NCBI RefSeq assembly: GCF_006345805.1
Contig: NC_043011.1
Location: 63,810,464 to 63,874,463 of the forward strand
Direction of reading: 5' to 3'
From: Octopus sinensis
Lineage: Eukaryota
DNA length: 64,000 nucleotides
Position numbers and translations under genes: made by a program. Numbering within the stretch: position 1 is the stretch's first letter; every line of letters starts with the position of its first letter. Below are positions 51,908 to 64,000 of this stretch, one piece after another. The notes below the pieces were generated by a model. It had not been told where the DNA came from. It saw only the letters and a program-made list of their open reading frames with translations, and did no database searches.

Positions 51908-52691
51908 CACACATACACACACATATAGATATATACTTACATACGTATATACTGTTCATAGATGTGAATCAGATGTTCGCAGTATAGGATACACTTGCAG
52001 TGTTCAAGAGACACAAACGTGAGTAGGTATGGAAGTGTCTGTATAGACAAACGTTAGACAGATCAATTTATAATCTATGTTAAATACATGAAATGCAAAA
52101 TATATATATATATATTCACTTACAAAATGTTTCACAAATATTATAGAGAAGTACTAATTACCAACTACTTCTCCACTGCTGTAGATAGCAACCTTTTACC
52201 ACTGCCCCCTCCCTATTCACTTCTCTCTATTCAGTTTCTTGCATCCCTGCATACCATTGTCTTCCCCTTCCAAAACCAACCCCATACTTTTGTCCCACTA
52301 ACCATTGCTATATCGACTACCTACCTATCACCACTCTCTATCGTCCCATCTACATATTCTCACAGTTGTCAACAAAACTCAGTAATTTCCTCATGCACTG
52401 AACCACCCAAAATATTTCTCTCAAATAATGACCATTCACTTTCTCAATATCTCAACCAATTATTATTTACCCCTCATAGAAACTAGCTCAATAAACCATC
52501 ATCAACTCCCCTCTTCCACTTACATTCAAATCTACTACTACATCTCCCTACTGGGCTCCTTATTAACCACTTGCTCTTGGAATTTATTTCCTCCTCTTAC
52601 TATTCTTTACCTGAATAATTCCCCATTCCCTCCTCTGATACACTTAACTCTCACCAAAATTGTTCTATCTTTGAATTTCATTCTTTTAACA

Positions 52692-52830
52692 CAGTGGTTG
52701 TCAACCGTTTTAGACTAATGTCACGCTGGCACGCTGGCCCAATTCTTGGCGCCACTCCCTACCCCAGCATAAATATACACCTCTTCCTTCAGCAAATTCA
52801 AAACAACCGTATATCACAAATAAAACGTAA
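52692..52830 (+). mobile_element. Possible hAT (Charlie-like) terminal fragment
   Basis: cagtggttgtcaaccgtttt resembles the CAGTGGTTCTCAACC TIR; no second end found. Confidence 0.35.
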
Positions 52831-52926
52831 GTCTAATTAAGGTATTAATATATATGTATATATATATATATATATATGTGTGTGTGCGTGTGTGTGTGTA
52901 TGTGTGTGTGTGTGTATATATGTGGT

Positions 52927-52963
<37 letters not shown>

Positions 52964-52968
<5 letters not shown>

Positions 52969-54383
52969 ATTCTCCATACGCCAACTTCAGGAGAAATCCA
53001 GAGAGCAGAAAATGCCATTATATATGGCCTTCATTGATCTGACAAAGGCCTTTGACTTGGTAAGTAGGAAAGTCCCCTTCATGCTGCTCCAAAGAATCGG
53101 ATGTCCACCAAAGCTGCTGAGGATCATCACATCTTTCCATGATGATATGCAAGGCAGCATAGAGTACAATGGTTCAACATCAGCAGCCTTCCAAATAAAA
53201 CATGGGTTAAAACAAGGTCGTGTCATTGCTCCTACATTATTTGGCATCTTCTGCTCGCTGCTGCTGTCACATGCCTTTGTGACATCAGATGATGGAGTGT
53301 TTCTGCACTGTGGAAATGATGGGTAACTGTTCAATCACTCGCGTCCTCGTCCCAAGACCAACATCAGAAACGTCCTGATCAAGGAGATGCTATTTGCTGA
53401 TGCTGCTGCTCTGGTATCACACACAGAAGAAGCCCTCCAAAGGCTCATTAACTGTTTTGAGCAAGCATGTGGCAACGTTGGCTTATTTATCATCCTCAAG
53501 AAGACCAGCATCATGGGTCAGGCTACATCGACAATTCCAAACATACAAATTGGAGATCACAGACTACAGGATGTGGAGAAGTTTACCTATCTGGGCTCTA
53601 CCGTCACCTACAACCTATCCCTTGATACTGAACTCAATATACGCATTGGCAAAGTAGCTGCTGTGGTAGCCCAACTCTCCATACGGGCATGGGACAACAA
53701 TAAGCTGGCCAAGACCACAAAAATGAAGATTTACCAGGCATGTGTACTTAGCACTCAACTGTATGGAAGTGAGACTTGGACGCTATACATATGCCAAGAG
53801 CGTCGCCTAAATATATTTCACCTGCGCTGCCTCCGTAAAATCCTTCGCAACAAATGGCAGAATCATGTCCCCAACAAAGATGTCCTCAAGCAATCAGGAA
53901 TACCAAGCATGTTTGAGATGGCTTGGGCATGTTAGCCGTATGAAAGCTGGCAGAATCCCCAAGGACATATTCAACGGAGAGCTTGCTAGGGGCACTAGGT
54001 CTGTGGGAAGACCGTTCTTACGATACAAGGATGTTTGCAAAAGGGACATGAATGCCTGCAACATCAATATTACCAACTGGGAAGCAGTTGCCAGCCACCC
54101 TAAGGATTGGTGACGTACCGTAATAGAGGGGACACAAAGGAGTGACAGAGAGGGAGAGGAGAAATGGAAAGACAAGAAAAGACGTCAACAAGAAACTATG
54201 ACATTACAACCAGCCAGAAACAGTCTTCGCTATATTTGCGACACCTGCCAGGGGGAGTGTTTGTCCGGGATAGGACTACACAGCTACAGCAGGAGATTTA
54301 TTAGGACATGAAATGTAAAAGCCGGACTAGATTATTTTCTGCACAACTCCATTGTCTCCCGAGACAAAAAGGATGCCAACAAC
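52964..54383 (+). mobile_element. RTE-1 (BovB-like) LINE, 5'-truncated
   Basis: MIFSIRQLQEKSREQ, FIDLTKAFDLV, GLKQGRVIAPTLF, LFADAAAL, FTYLGS, LYGSETWT, C-terminal CDTC..IGLHSYSR finger, 3'UTR ccattgtctcccgagac..ggatgccaac. Confidence 0.9.
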
Positions 54384-54679
54384 ATTATATACGGATTTCG
54401 TAGACAGGGACTGAAACAAATCAATCGTATATATATGTATATATGTAAGTGTATATGTGTGTCTTTGTGTCTGTGTTTCGCCCTCATCACTGCTTCACAT
54501 CTGCTGTTCATTTATTTACATCCACAAAACTTACTGGTTTCACAAGAACAAACTAATAGAATATGTACTAGGCTTATCAACATAAAAAAGCACTAGGTTG
54601 TGTCCCATATTTTTGTTTGCCCACTCAGTTGTATCTATCAATTTATCTTTGTGTGTGTTTATGTATGTGTGTGTGAGTA

Positions 54680-54754
54680 TATCTATATCTATATCTATCT
54701 ATATCTATCTTAATGTATATATCTATCTATATATATATATCTATCTATCTATCA

Positions 54755-54844
<90 letters not shown>

Positions 54845-54863
54845 ATATATATATATATATATA
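54680..54863. repeat. (TCTA)n/(TA)n microsatellite
   Basis: Direct. Confidence 0.95.
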
Positions 54864-54898
54864 TATCTATACAATATGTTACATTACTCGGTAGTCAA

Positions 54899-54959
54899 GA
54901 TAAAACTCTGAGTTTCAGATGCCGAAGTGGAAATCCACAAGTCCATCTCTTCGGTTATC
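54899..54959 (-). ncRNA. Hammerhead-like motif in the left arm
   Basis: Reverse complement of the motif at 55960-56020, with two stem-II loop differences. Confidence 0.45.
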
Positions 54960-55959
54960 TGGCTATTTGAAAACGTTATGAAAAAATACCGTTAAAATGA
55001 AGGGAAATTACTCTGTTATAACTCTGCTTTGCCTGCGTACTTATACATCACTCGCATTTTTCATCATAAAAATTATATAAAAATACATAAAAATATATAA
55101 AAAATATATAAAAATATATAAAATCTTCTTGGGACATAACACAGAAAGCATGTTCTATCCGTTTTCTTTAGGGGACCAAAAACGTAACAGAAACTTAGTC
55201 ACATGTGGGCATGATCCGAAAAGCTCTGTCCTTGTATTTAGACATGTGGTAGGGTCTAAGCTGCTTTTCCAGATAAGCCATCTCTCCATGTCGCATAAAC
55301 CGCACCTTCCGCTGCCGTTAGTGTAGGGCTTATATCTGGCCAAAATCTTCCATTCCAAGACCATCATATATGAAGCTACCGTAAACTCTATAACCACTAA
55401 AGACACCGTTTCGACGAAGAAATACGTGGGCCTGACAGAGGGTAATTTCAAGGCCAGGTTCAATAACCACACTTTGAGCTTTAGGCACTGGAACAAAAGA
55501 AAAGCGACACAATTATCCAATCATATTTGGTCTTTAAGAGATAAAGGTGTCGATTATAACATACAATGGAAGATTTTGGCCACATGTAAGCCCTACACTA
55601 ACGGAAGCGGAAGGTGCGGTTTATGCGACATGGAGAGATGGCTTATCTGGAAAAGCAGCTTAGACCCTACCACATGTCTAAATACAAGGACAGAGCTTTT
55701 CGGATCATGCCCACATGTGACTAAATTTCTGTTACGTTTTTGGTCCCCTAAAGAAAACGGATAGAACATGCTTTCTGTGTTATGTCCCAAGAAGATTTTA
55801 TATATTTTTATATATTTTTATATATTTTTATGTATTTTTATATAATTTTTATGACGAAAAATGCGAGCGATGTATAAGTACGCAGGCAAAGCAGAGTTAT
55901 AACAGAGTAATTTCCCTTCATTTTTCACGGCATTTTTTCATAACGTTTTCAAATAGCCA

Positions 55960-56020
55960 GATAACCGAAGAGATGGTGTTGTGGATTTCCACTTCGGCAT
56001 CTGAAACTCAGAGTTTTATC
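55960..56020 (+). ncRNA. Variant type-I hammerhead ribozyme motif
   Basis: GATAA-CCGAAGA-GATG..CATC-T-GAAA-CTCAGAG-TT-TTATC. Stems I and II pair and stem III is near-palindromic. The core has U4>C and an extra T before GAAA. Confidence 0.45.
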
Positions 56021-57245
56021 TTGACTACCGAGTAATGTAACATATTGTATAGATAAATTTCCTCTATTTACATAATATTGAGGTCTCTTCTTTCTTTTGT
56101 TATCTTACCGTTTTATCAATATATATATATATATATATTTATATATATTATATTAAATTAGAGGTAAAACCACTGTTAGGCATATCAAACAGTGAAAATC
56201 ATAAACAAATACATAGAAATAAAAGTAATTAATAAAAAATATATAAAATTTAAAATTTAAAATTTAAAATATTTAACATAAAGTTAAAATTTTAAAAACT
56301 ATTTAAATTATTTAATTTAAATTGAAATAATTTTAATATTTTTTTTAATTCTAAGTATAAGGGCCATAAGCCCCATGATAATTCATATATTTTTGCTGTT
56401 GATGAAATTTTAACCATAGATATTAGACACAAATGAAGTAATATTTATAAAATTTCATCTTTTTACAAAGTTAGGGGGGACTTAACATCCTCAATTTTGT
56501 CATTTTATCTAAGCAAAATGAACACAGTTGTGCTCTTGGAAGCTGTACGGTTACCCGAGCATAAAAGTTGGATATTATTTCTAATTCAATGCTACAACAG
56601 TGTAACAGTTTGTTTTGACATACACTTACATTGTGATTTCTGCAATGTGGTGCATATATTGTTAAGTAAATGTGAGACATCTTTGCCTCCACTGATTCAG
56701 TTGCAGAGTGCTAAGTAAATTTATTTGATTGCAGATCTCCTTTCAGTCTTTTTATTATCACTCGGTCACACTTAGTCCCCAGATGGTAACATTGATTACA
56801 AGGCCTTCCCAGATGAGTGACTGGTTATTCAAAGACATTTATAGATTTAAATTCATTCTGTCCCGTTACGTATCAGTATAGTGGTCATTTGAAAACTCCA
56901 GTGGTGACACTTTAATTTCCCTAAGCCCTCACGTCACACAGTTGTTAATGTTGATTTCAGTTGGGTCATGCTCTTCCAATTGCTATAGATTCGTAATGCA
57001 TCTTACGGGTGTGCCTGTCACCTGGATGGTGAGGAATCCTACATTGGGAGTGGCAACGACTATGGTAGGGTAACTGATTGCTTATTGTGATCATTCGTCT
57101 TTTGGTTTCCATGTGGCACGATTACAATTTTTTTAGGGTGTGTAAAGAGGGAAATAACCCTCATCTGCAATTTTGATTAAATTCAAAACATAGATATTCT
57201 AGTTCATTTAGAAAATATAACAGAAAATTCTAATTCTTCAATTGT

Positions 57246-57272
57246 AACCGGGCAACGTCGGAATCTCTGCCA
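57246..57272 (+). mobile_element. Helitron-like 3' hairpin remnant
   Basis: aaccgggcaacgtcgg resembles aacccgagcaacgccggg of the 20964-21357 element; the terminal CTAG is absent. Confidence 0.3.
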
Positions 57273-57279
57273 TTATATA

Positions 57280-57460
<181 letters not shown>

Positions 57461-59645
57461 CTCAATCACCTACCGATACTATAAACAAAAACACCAAACT
57501 GGTATCCTTCGATGTAGTCAACCTCTGCTCCAATATCCCCCACAACCTAGGACTAGAGGCAAACCAATTATGGCTAGAGAATCACGCCAACGAACTACCA
57601 CATCGCATCAAAAAAGAATTCGTGATAGAAGGGGTTAAATTCATCCTGGAAAATAACTTCTTCGCCTTCAATGACAACTTCTACCGACAAAAATCAGGGA
57701 CTGCGATGGGTACAGGAATGGCCCCCTCCTTTGCTAACCTAGTCATAGGATATCTAGAGATCAGTCTGTATCGTAAGGTTCTAGAAAGATATGGCAGCCC
57801 TTTCTCCATCTACATAGAAAACAACTGGAAGAGATATCTAGATGACTGTTCCATCCTTTGGCATGAAAATATTGAGAAACTCATAGACTTCCAAGAAATT
57901 TTAAACGGACTGGACGTAAATATCCAATTCACGATGGAATATAGCCAGCAACAACTCCCCTTCCTCGATATCCTCATTAAGAAAGCTAATAATGTAATAG
58001 AAACAGACATATATTATAAGCCTACAGACTGTAAGCAATATCTTCCATTCAATTCATGCCACCCCAGACACACCAGGATGAATATCCCCTTCAATCTAGC
58101 AAAAAGGATATGCACTATAGTCTCTAATGCAAACAGCAGAGACACACGACTACAAGAACTAAAAGATACCCTTATCACCAGGAACTATCCAACTTCACTT
58201 ATTGACAAGTGCATTCAACGTGCCCTTCAACTTAACATCAAGGAACTGAGTCATCCCAAATCAAAGAAAAACTTACCACCAAAGCCTTACCATACATCTC
58301 CACACACAACCCTCTCAATAACGAACCTTCGGCACCATCCTCCACAACATACCCCTCCTAAACAAAGACCACAAAATGAACACAATCCTCCAAACACACA
58401 CCATCATAAAAGCAAGAGACAGCCTAAATCCATGAAAAGTCTCCTAACACAAGCCCGAATTCACTCTTCAACACAGAAGCCGACAGTAAAAAAATGTGGA
58501 AGACCCAATTGCGGGATATGCGACTATCTAATTGAGGGATCAGAGTTCTCCTTCAAACAGGGACAACGGTTTACAGTGAAAAGCAACTTCACATGTGCTT
58601 CGGAGAACCTAATATACTCACTAACCTGCTCCGGGTGTCAAGAGCAGTACATAGGCGAAACAAAAAATAGTTTGCGTAAAAGAATGGCCCTGCACAGATC
58701 CCAGATAAAAATTCCCCAAAACAGAAAAATAGCTTTCAGCCAACACACAGATACTTGCGCCAACAACAAAACACCAGGCTTCAGGATTTTCCCCCTCTAC
58801 CAATTTAGGGACGATACAACCCCGAGACAACGAATAAGTAAAGAAACTCTCTTTATTACAAAATACAGGCCACTTCTTAACGGGTCTACGACAAACGATT
58901 AATATACCTCAACTTTAGAATAAAAGAAATACACACACAAATATTACATTCCAAAGAATCCATTACCTATCAGCCCCAATCACAGCTATAATCCATAACA
59001 TGCCACTTCAAGTCATACCACCTCACTACATTTCACCATTCATATTCTCCCTCTCTGTTTTATTCTTCTTCCTCTTCTTCTTCATCATCATCATATCATC
59101 ATCATCGTCATCATCATCACCCTACCACATCATCATCATCTTCTTCTTCTCCTTCTCATTCTTCTTCTTCTTCTTCTCTTTTCATCATCATCATCAAAAC
59201 ATCGTTCATCTTCTTCTTCTTCTGCTCCACCTTCTACCTCTTAACTTTATCACTAAGCTTTTTAGTAAAACACCTACGCAAATTCCATAAACAAACCTTC
59301 CAATAGAAATATTCCTGAATTGAACTGCAACAGCTAGTCCTCATGACCATTCAAACCAACAATCAATACTCCCAAATTCCCCCCCTCTCTTCTTCACTTC
59401 TTCTTCTTCTACCCTACCAGAATTCACAACGATCGAACACACAGTGCAAACAAGGGAGTCAGATGAAAGCAGAATGCCACTATAGTTGAACCCAACTCTT
59501 AAATATTCCTTTTAAAAAAACTTTTCTCTATTTTCTAAATTTAATTATTTAATCGTTACAGTTGAAAAGTCTCAAAATGACCGAAACCGGTACTGAAATG
59601 TCTTTATAAATTATTTTAGCCTTTTCTATTTTGACTTGTTTTTTC
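57461..59645 (+). mobile_element. Penelope-like retroelement (Neptune-like), 5'-truncated RT + GIY-YIG with 3' UTR
   Basis: [49 protein letters not shown] and TCASENLIYSLTC..YIGET..RMALH. Stop at 58902. Ends at a TA tract. Confidence 0.9.
59559..59595 (+). ncRNA. Degenerate minimal hammerhead in the PLE 3' region
   Basis: cag-TTGAAAA-gtc..gac-c-GAAA-CCGG-TA-ctg, with palindromic stem III and a GUA site; the core is mutated. Confidence 0.4.
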
Positions 59646-59979
59646 ATATATATATATATATAATATATAATATATTATATATATATCTGATCTATCATCA
59701 TATGCGCCCTTTCTGTTGAACTGTACGGACGTGTCTTATTTCTCTCTCCCTAGTCAGTAGCAAGCTACACAGCTTCGAAACTTAACTGACCTTACATATA
59801 TTTTGTAACCACGTGTTTGCCCCAAACCCGTAATTACGTTTTTATTTAAGCAAATTGTTATATACACTTGTTTTTCTTTTAAATATCTTCAAACAACCAA
59901 ATAATCAAAAACTCACACCCTAAGAGAGAATATCTAATATATCCTTCTTAACTCACAAGAAGAATATATATATATAAAA

Positions 59980-62600
59980 ATAAAAAAAAACAAACATGAC
60001 GAGAAAACCTGCAGGCCTGCAACAGACGAAGTTAGGTCTGATAATGAAATTAATGTCTTAATTAACACTTGGTTCTCTCTTTCCCAAACAGAAAATTTAA
60101 ATGCTTTGTGTTTGAATGAGATTGCCGAAAAAACATCGCAATAATCAACACACGATCCGTCAAACAGATTCGTAGCAAACTGAAGCATATCGAAGTCTCT
60201 AACTAAGCCATTTGAAAACTTCTTATATTTCACTCACTGTTCAAGGCCCAACAACACAAGAACAACAACAGCTAGAAAATCAACAACAACAACAACCACA
60301 ACAACAACAACAACAACAGAATGGCCACTCCTACTTCCCTGCACAATAGCTGACCTACGAAATGATAGTATCCTTTCACCTAACATCGGTCAAGCTCAAC
60401 ACAACAACAACAGCCACAGAACAACAACAGCCGCAGCAACAACAACAACACAACAACACACCAGCCACTCCTAAACTCTAGCATATTAGATGATTTACTC
60501 AATGCCAGTATCTATTCACCGCTCTCACACGCAACCTATTTCTTTATTACCCACAAGGGGCTAAACACAGAGGGGACAAACAAGGAAATACTAGGGTTTA
60601 AGTCGATTACATCGACCCCAGTGCGTAACTGGTACTTATTTAATCGACCCCGAAAGATGAAAGGCAAAGTCGACCTCGGCGGAATTTGAACTCACAACGT
60701 AACGCAGACGAAATACCGCTAACCATTTCGCCCGGCGTGCTAACGTTTCTGCCAGCTCGCCCACAGCAACCACCACATTTTCCATCATATCATCACCACT
60801 GCTGCCGCCATCGTCTTCTATCACCAAAAAGACTACTAAGAAAAAATACCAAATAAGAACACCACAGCCTCTTCCCCACATCACCACCTGCAGTAACAAA
60901 ACCTAAAAAAAAACATATGAAGCAGAATGCGGCCCCCCCCCGGCACAAACAAGAAACCCAAAATATGCCGTTATTCACTGCGTCAGAGTCTCTGCACAAA
61001 TAGTGACTGCATCTTCACACATCTACCTGGCACTAGACGCACTACCGCCAAGGCAAAGCACGCATCCCCAATAACATCAACACCACCAAATAGTAAATCG
61101 AAAGTCAAACCACACAACTCGGAGTCCCAAATCTGCCGTATTTCCAACCGGAGAGAATATGTCTGCTGAGTGACTGTCCCTTCACTCATCTTCCAGGGAC
61201 CCGATGCACAAACAGAAACGGGGCTTCAAGCCAACACACAAACCAGAGTAAAATAAAAATAAAAACACCCCATGCTGCAGTAATGCTGGTCAAGTCTTTT
61301 CACGAAGACACAAAAACAACAACAACAAAAGTGTAAACTACAACCCTATCCAACAGTGCAACCACACCTCCAGCCAAAACCCCTCCCTAAGCAGAAATTC
61401 TTTTTTAGCCATGTTGAACATGGCAAAAGAGATACACAAAACATTCTAGCCATCACTCAACACCATCATATGCTATTACCCCTGTGCACCAACTCCCCAC
61501 ATTGCTGTCACTAACACACAAAAAAAACCCAGCCTCTTGCAACAGTCAAAACCAGCCACTACACAACCTCCCACCTTTCTACTCAATGCACAAGGTGTCA
61601 GCCATTCCATCAATGCACAAAAAGAGAAGGTCCAATTCATTGAAGTCTGGGTTGGTAACCATCCACACCACATTCCTTTCTTCATTCTCACAGAGACCCA
61701 CCTTGACAACTCCCACTTGGAAGCCGAAGTGAGAGTGAATAATTTCACAACCATCCCGCGCTGATCGTGTCGGCAGAAGGAAGGTCGAACTGCCATTTTC
61801 CTGCATGATTCGTTTTACGGCGATGGAAATAGAATATTCCCCAACGGCTACGGTGAATCAGTCACCGTGCACAACAAAGCCAATGACCTGACATTAGTTG
61901 GGCTCTATAGGCCACCCCAAACACCCATACTGCGCTTTAAAGAATGCCTCAAACGCATTAAGTGCTTTATTCAACCGTGTCATTCTAGCAAACCTACTCA
62001 TGATGGGAGACTTCAATCTACCCTGTGTTGACTGGACTACAAACTGTTTGAAACCAAGCACTCCCGCCTCAACCGCTTACAAAGAAGCAGTAGAATCACT
62101 TTTCGACTTTTTTCTTGTCCCAACTTGTCCTTGCACCAACAAGTTATCAAAAATTTTGGACCTAGTGTTTAGTAACCACACTAACACTATACATAACATT
62201 ACAGTATTAAAAAAACCTTCTTTTAGACTATGACATGGTTCTCGTAACATGAAATTCCACCAGCCTAAAGCTAATCCTAGTGACATCTCTCCAGCCATCC
62301 ATTTGATAACATGATCTCCATAATGCCAACTGGGATGCAATCATGAACGAGCTATCACATGTTGACTGGTCCTTTAACATACCACACATCTCCACCGACA
62401 ATAAAACATCTTGGCAGATCTTCTAGACACCGGCACAAACATTGGTGTCAAACACTCCCCACCAAGACCTGTCAACAAAAGGGCGAATCCCCTATTATAA
62501 AAAAAATATCAGAAAAATATAAAGAACAACCAAAAAATTAAGAAACTAAAATACTGCCAACAACAACACACACATTCGACGGCTATCGCACTGCTTGAAT
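59980..62600 (+). mobile_element. Degenerate CR1/L2-like LINE 5' part (ORF1-like region + APE endonuclease), RT missing
   Basis: APE motifs FILTETHL, VGLYRPP, MMGDFNLP and ILDLVFSN at 61560-62230. Upstream Cys/His motif CRYSLRQSLCTNSDCIFTH. The 5' boundary is uncertain. Confidence 0.6.
60535..60762 (-). mobile_element. SINE family 2, young near full-length copy nested in the LINE
   Basis: Minus head gggcgagctggcagaaacgttagcacgccgggcgaaatgg..gttgtgagttcaaattccgcc. Confidence 0.9.
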
Positions 62601-62719
62601 CCAAAAAATATAACTGCATTTTTAACAATTTTTTCTTCTTTTTGCTTATATATATATATATATATATACTTTCATACTTTCATACTTTGACAGGTTTCGG
62701 CCATTATTGGCCAGGCCAA

Positions 62720-62799
62720 AAAATGCATTGTTTTTTTGCAAAAGAATAATAATAAATATACATTTATTATTATTCTTTTTCAAAAAAACAATGCATTTT
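62720..62799. repeat. 38-bp stem hairpin with 4-nt loop
   Basis: aaaatgcattgtttttttgcaaaagaataataataaat / atttattattattctttttcaaaaaaacaatgcatttt, one mismatch. Confidence 0.9.
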
Positions 62800-62843
62800 T
62801 CTTTTTTCCCCATTCTAATTTTTAAAAAACTTTTTCATTTAAG

Positions 62844-62885
62844 TATTCTTGACAAGTCATACAATGACGAAAATCCGTTTGAATA
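62844..62885 (+). ncRNA. Degenerate type-I hammerhead motif
   Basis: tattc-TTGACAA-GTCA-tacaa-TGAC-GAAA-atccgttt-gaata. Stems I and II pair; two transitions relative to CUGANGA. Confidence 0.4.
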
Positions 62886-63017
62886 AAATATATTTATATT
62901 TTTATCAATTTATCATTTCATTAAAATTTTCTTTCATTTGAGCATTCTGCATTTTTACAATTTTTCCTTGCTTATCATTTCTCCACGTGCGGTCAACGCA
63001 ACCCCACCATTTATTGA

Positions 63018-63057
<40 letters not shown>

Positions 63058-63119
63058 TAGATGGTATAGATATGTGTACATACATACATACATATAGATA
63101 TATATATATATTAGATATA

Positions 63120-63158
<39 letters not shown>

Positions 63159-63211
63159 ATATATATATATATGATATATATACATACATATATATATATA
63201 TACCACAGATT

Positions 63212-63252
<41 letters not shown>

Positions 63253-63387
63253 TATACGTACAAATTATATATATTATATATATATATATATAATGTATAT
63301 ATATATATATATGTATGTATGTATATGTATGTATATATATATATATATGCAGATATATATATATATATATATAGTTACATATCTTAC

Positions 63388-63577
63388 GAAAATTTCGACC
63401 GTTAGACGATATACCACAATCCCCTATTTTGTCGGGTTTGTTCGAGTCTGCGCAGTGTTTTGAATAGTTTAGAAAGAGCATTTCGATAGAAGCACATGGA
63501 TCTATTGGTATGGTCTTTCCATCATTAACAGGAATCTTACTGATGAGCAGCATGGGTAATATAAATACTATTTTATA
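63388..63577 (-). other. Possible coding exon of an unrelated gene
   Basis: 63 open codons [35 protein letters not shown].. between AG candidates (63577, 63567, 63539) and a GTAAGA donor; no partner exon identified. Confidence 0.25.
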
Positions 63578-64000
63578 CTAAATTGGCGAAACTGCAGTTT
63601 AAGAAATAATTAAGTTTGTAAAAGTTTTTAAACCTCATCTCACGAAATTTATCCAGCAGTGGATTAGTACACTCTTCGCCTGAATTGTAATGATATATGT
63701 ATAATATATGGCGTTGTACGGGTACACCGGGCGATTATAATTAATTTATTGTATCGCATACTGTGTGTATATGATATATATATATATAGATAGATATAGA
63801 TAGATATATATATATAGAGATATACATCTAATATATGTTAGGATGATATACAGAATACATACATATTTTATATATGATATTATATATATATATTATATAT
63901 ATAATATATATTATCATATAGTATATATGACTATTTTGTATGTATATATATGTATAATATATCATATTATATAAAGATATATATATATGTAATATATATA

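Larger units (their letters stand above)
54864..56055. mobile_element. Penelope-like element 3' fragment forming a 1.19-kb palindrome
   Basis: Arms 54864-55354 and 55565-56055 (491 bp each, about ten mismatches by eye), spacer 210 bp. The plus strand from ~55358 reads KTIIYEATV..KKYVGLTEGNFKARFNNH..RCGLCDME..LNTRTELFGSCPH, a GIY-YIG endonuclease. Confidence 0.9.

Noticed and set aside
56627-56710. 81-nt minus-strand exon-like segment with a GTAAGT donor
   Set aside because: Phase 0-0 fits no neighbouring exon, there is no family motif, and it may lie within a transposon remnant.

Overview
AT-rich eukaryotic DNA packed with (TA)n/(CA)n/(TCTA)n microsatellites, SINEs, LINEs and Penelope-like elements. 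The repeat repertoire suggests an octopod cephalopod (inference). Most entries in the supplied ORF track are microsatellite or transposon artefacts. Main result: a minus-strand tandem cluster of four paralogous small spliced genes that the ORF track does not recover. Copy A spans about 47.5-51.6 kb, copy B 24.5-29.7 kb, copy C 7.5-17.7 kb, and pseudogene D 1.3-4.4 kb. The exon design is shared. A 37-nt ATG/signal-peptide exon ends in phase 1. A ~100-nt exon encodes x6-C-x7-C-x14..17-C and ends in phase 2. An 88-89-nt exon encodes x7-C-x7-C-x11-C. In B and C a last exon encodes a GPI-signal-like hydrophobic tail. Predicted products are 110-116 aa six-cysteine proteins that are highly divergent between copies. 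I do not recognise the family; the C-x8-C-x7-C core resembles neuritin/CPG15. Secondary results: a 1.2-kb near-perfect palindrome built from a Penelope-like GIY-YIG fragment, several hammerhead-ribozyme-like motifs, a Tx1-clade LINE joined to a SINE head, a same-orientation SINE cluster, a Helitron-like element, a hAT MITE and a mariner remnant. All gene models were built by eye and need RNA evidence.
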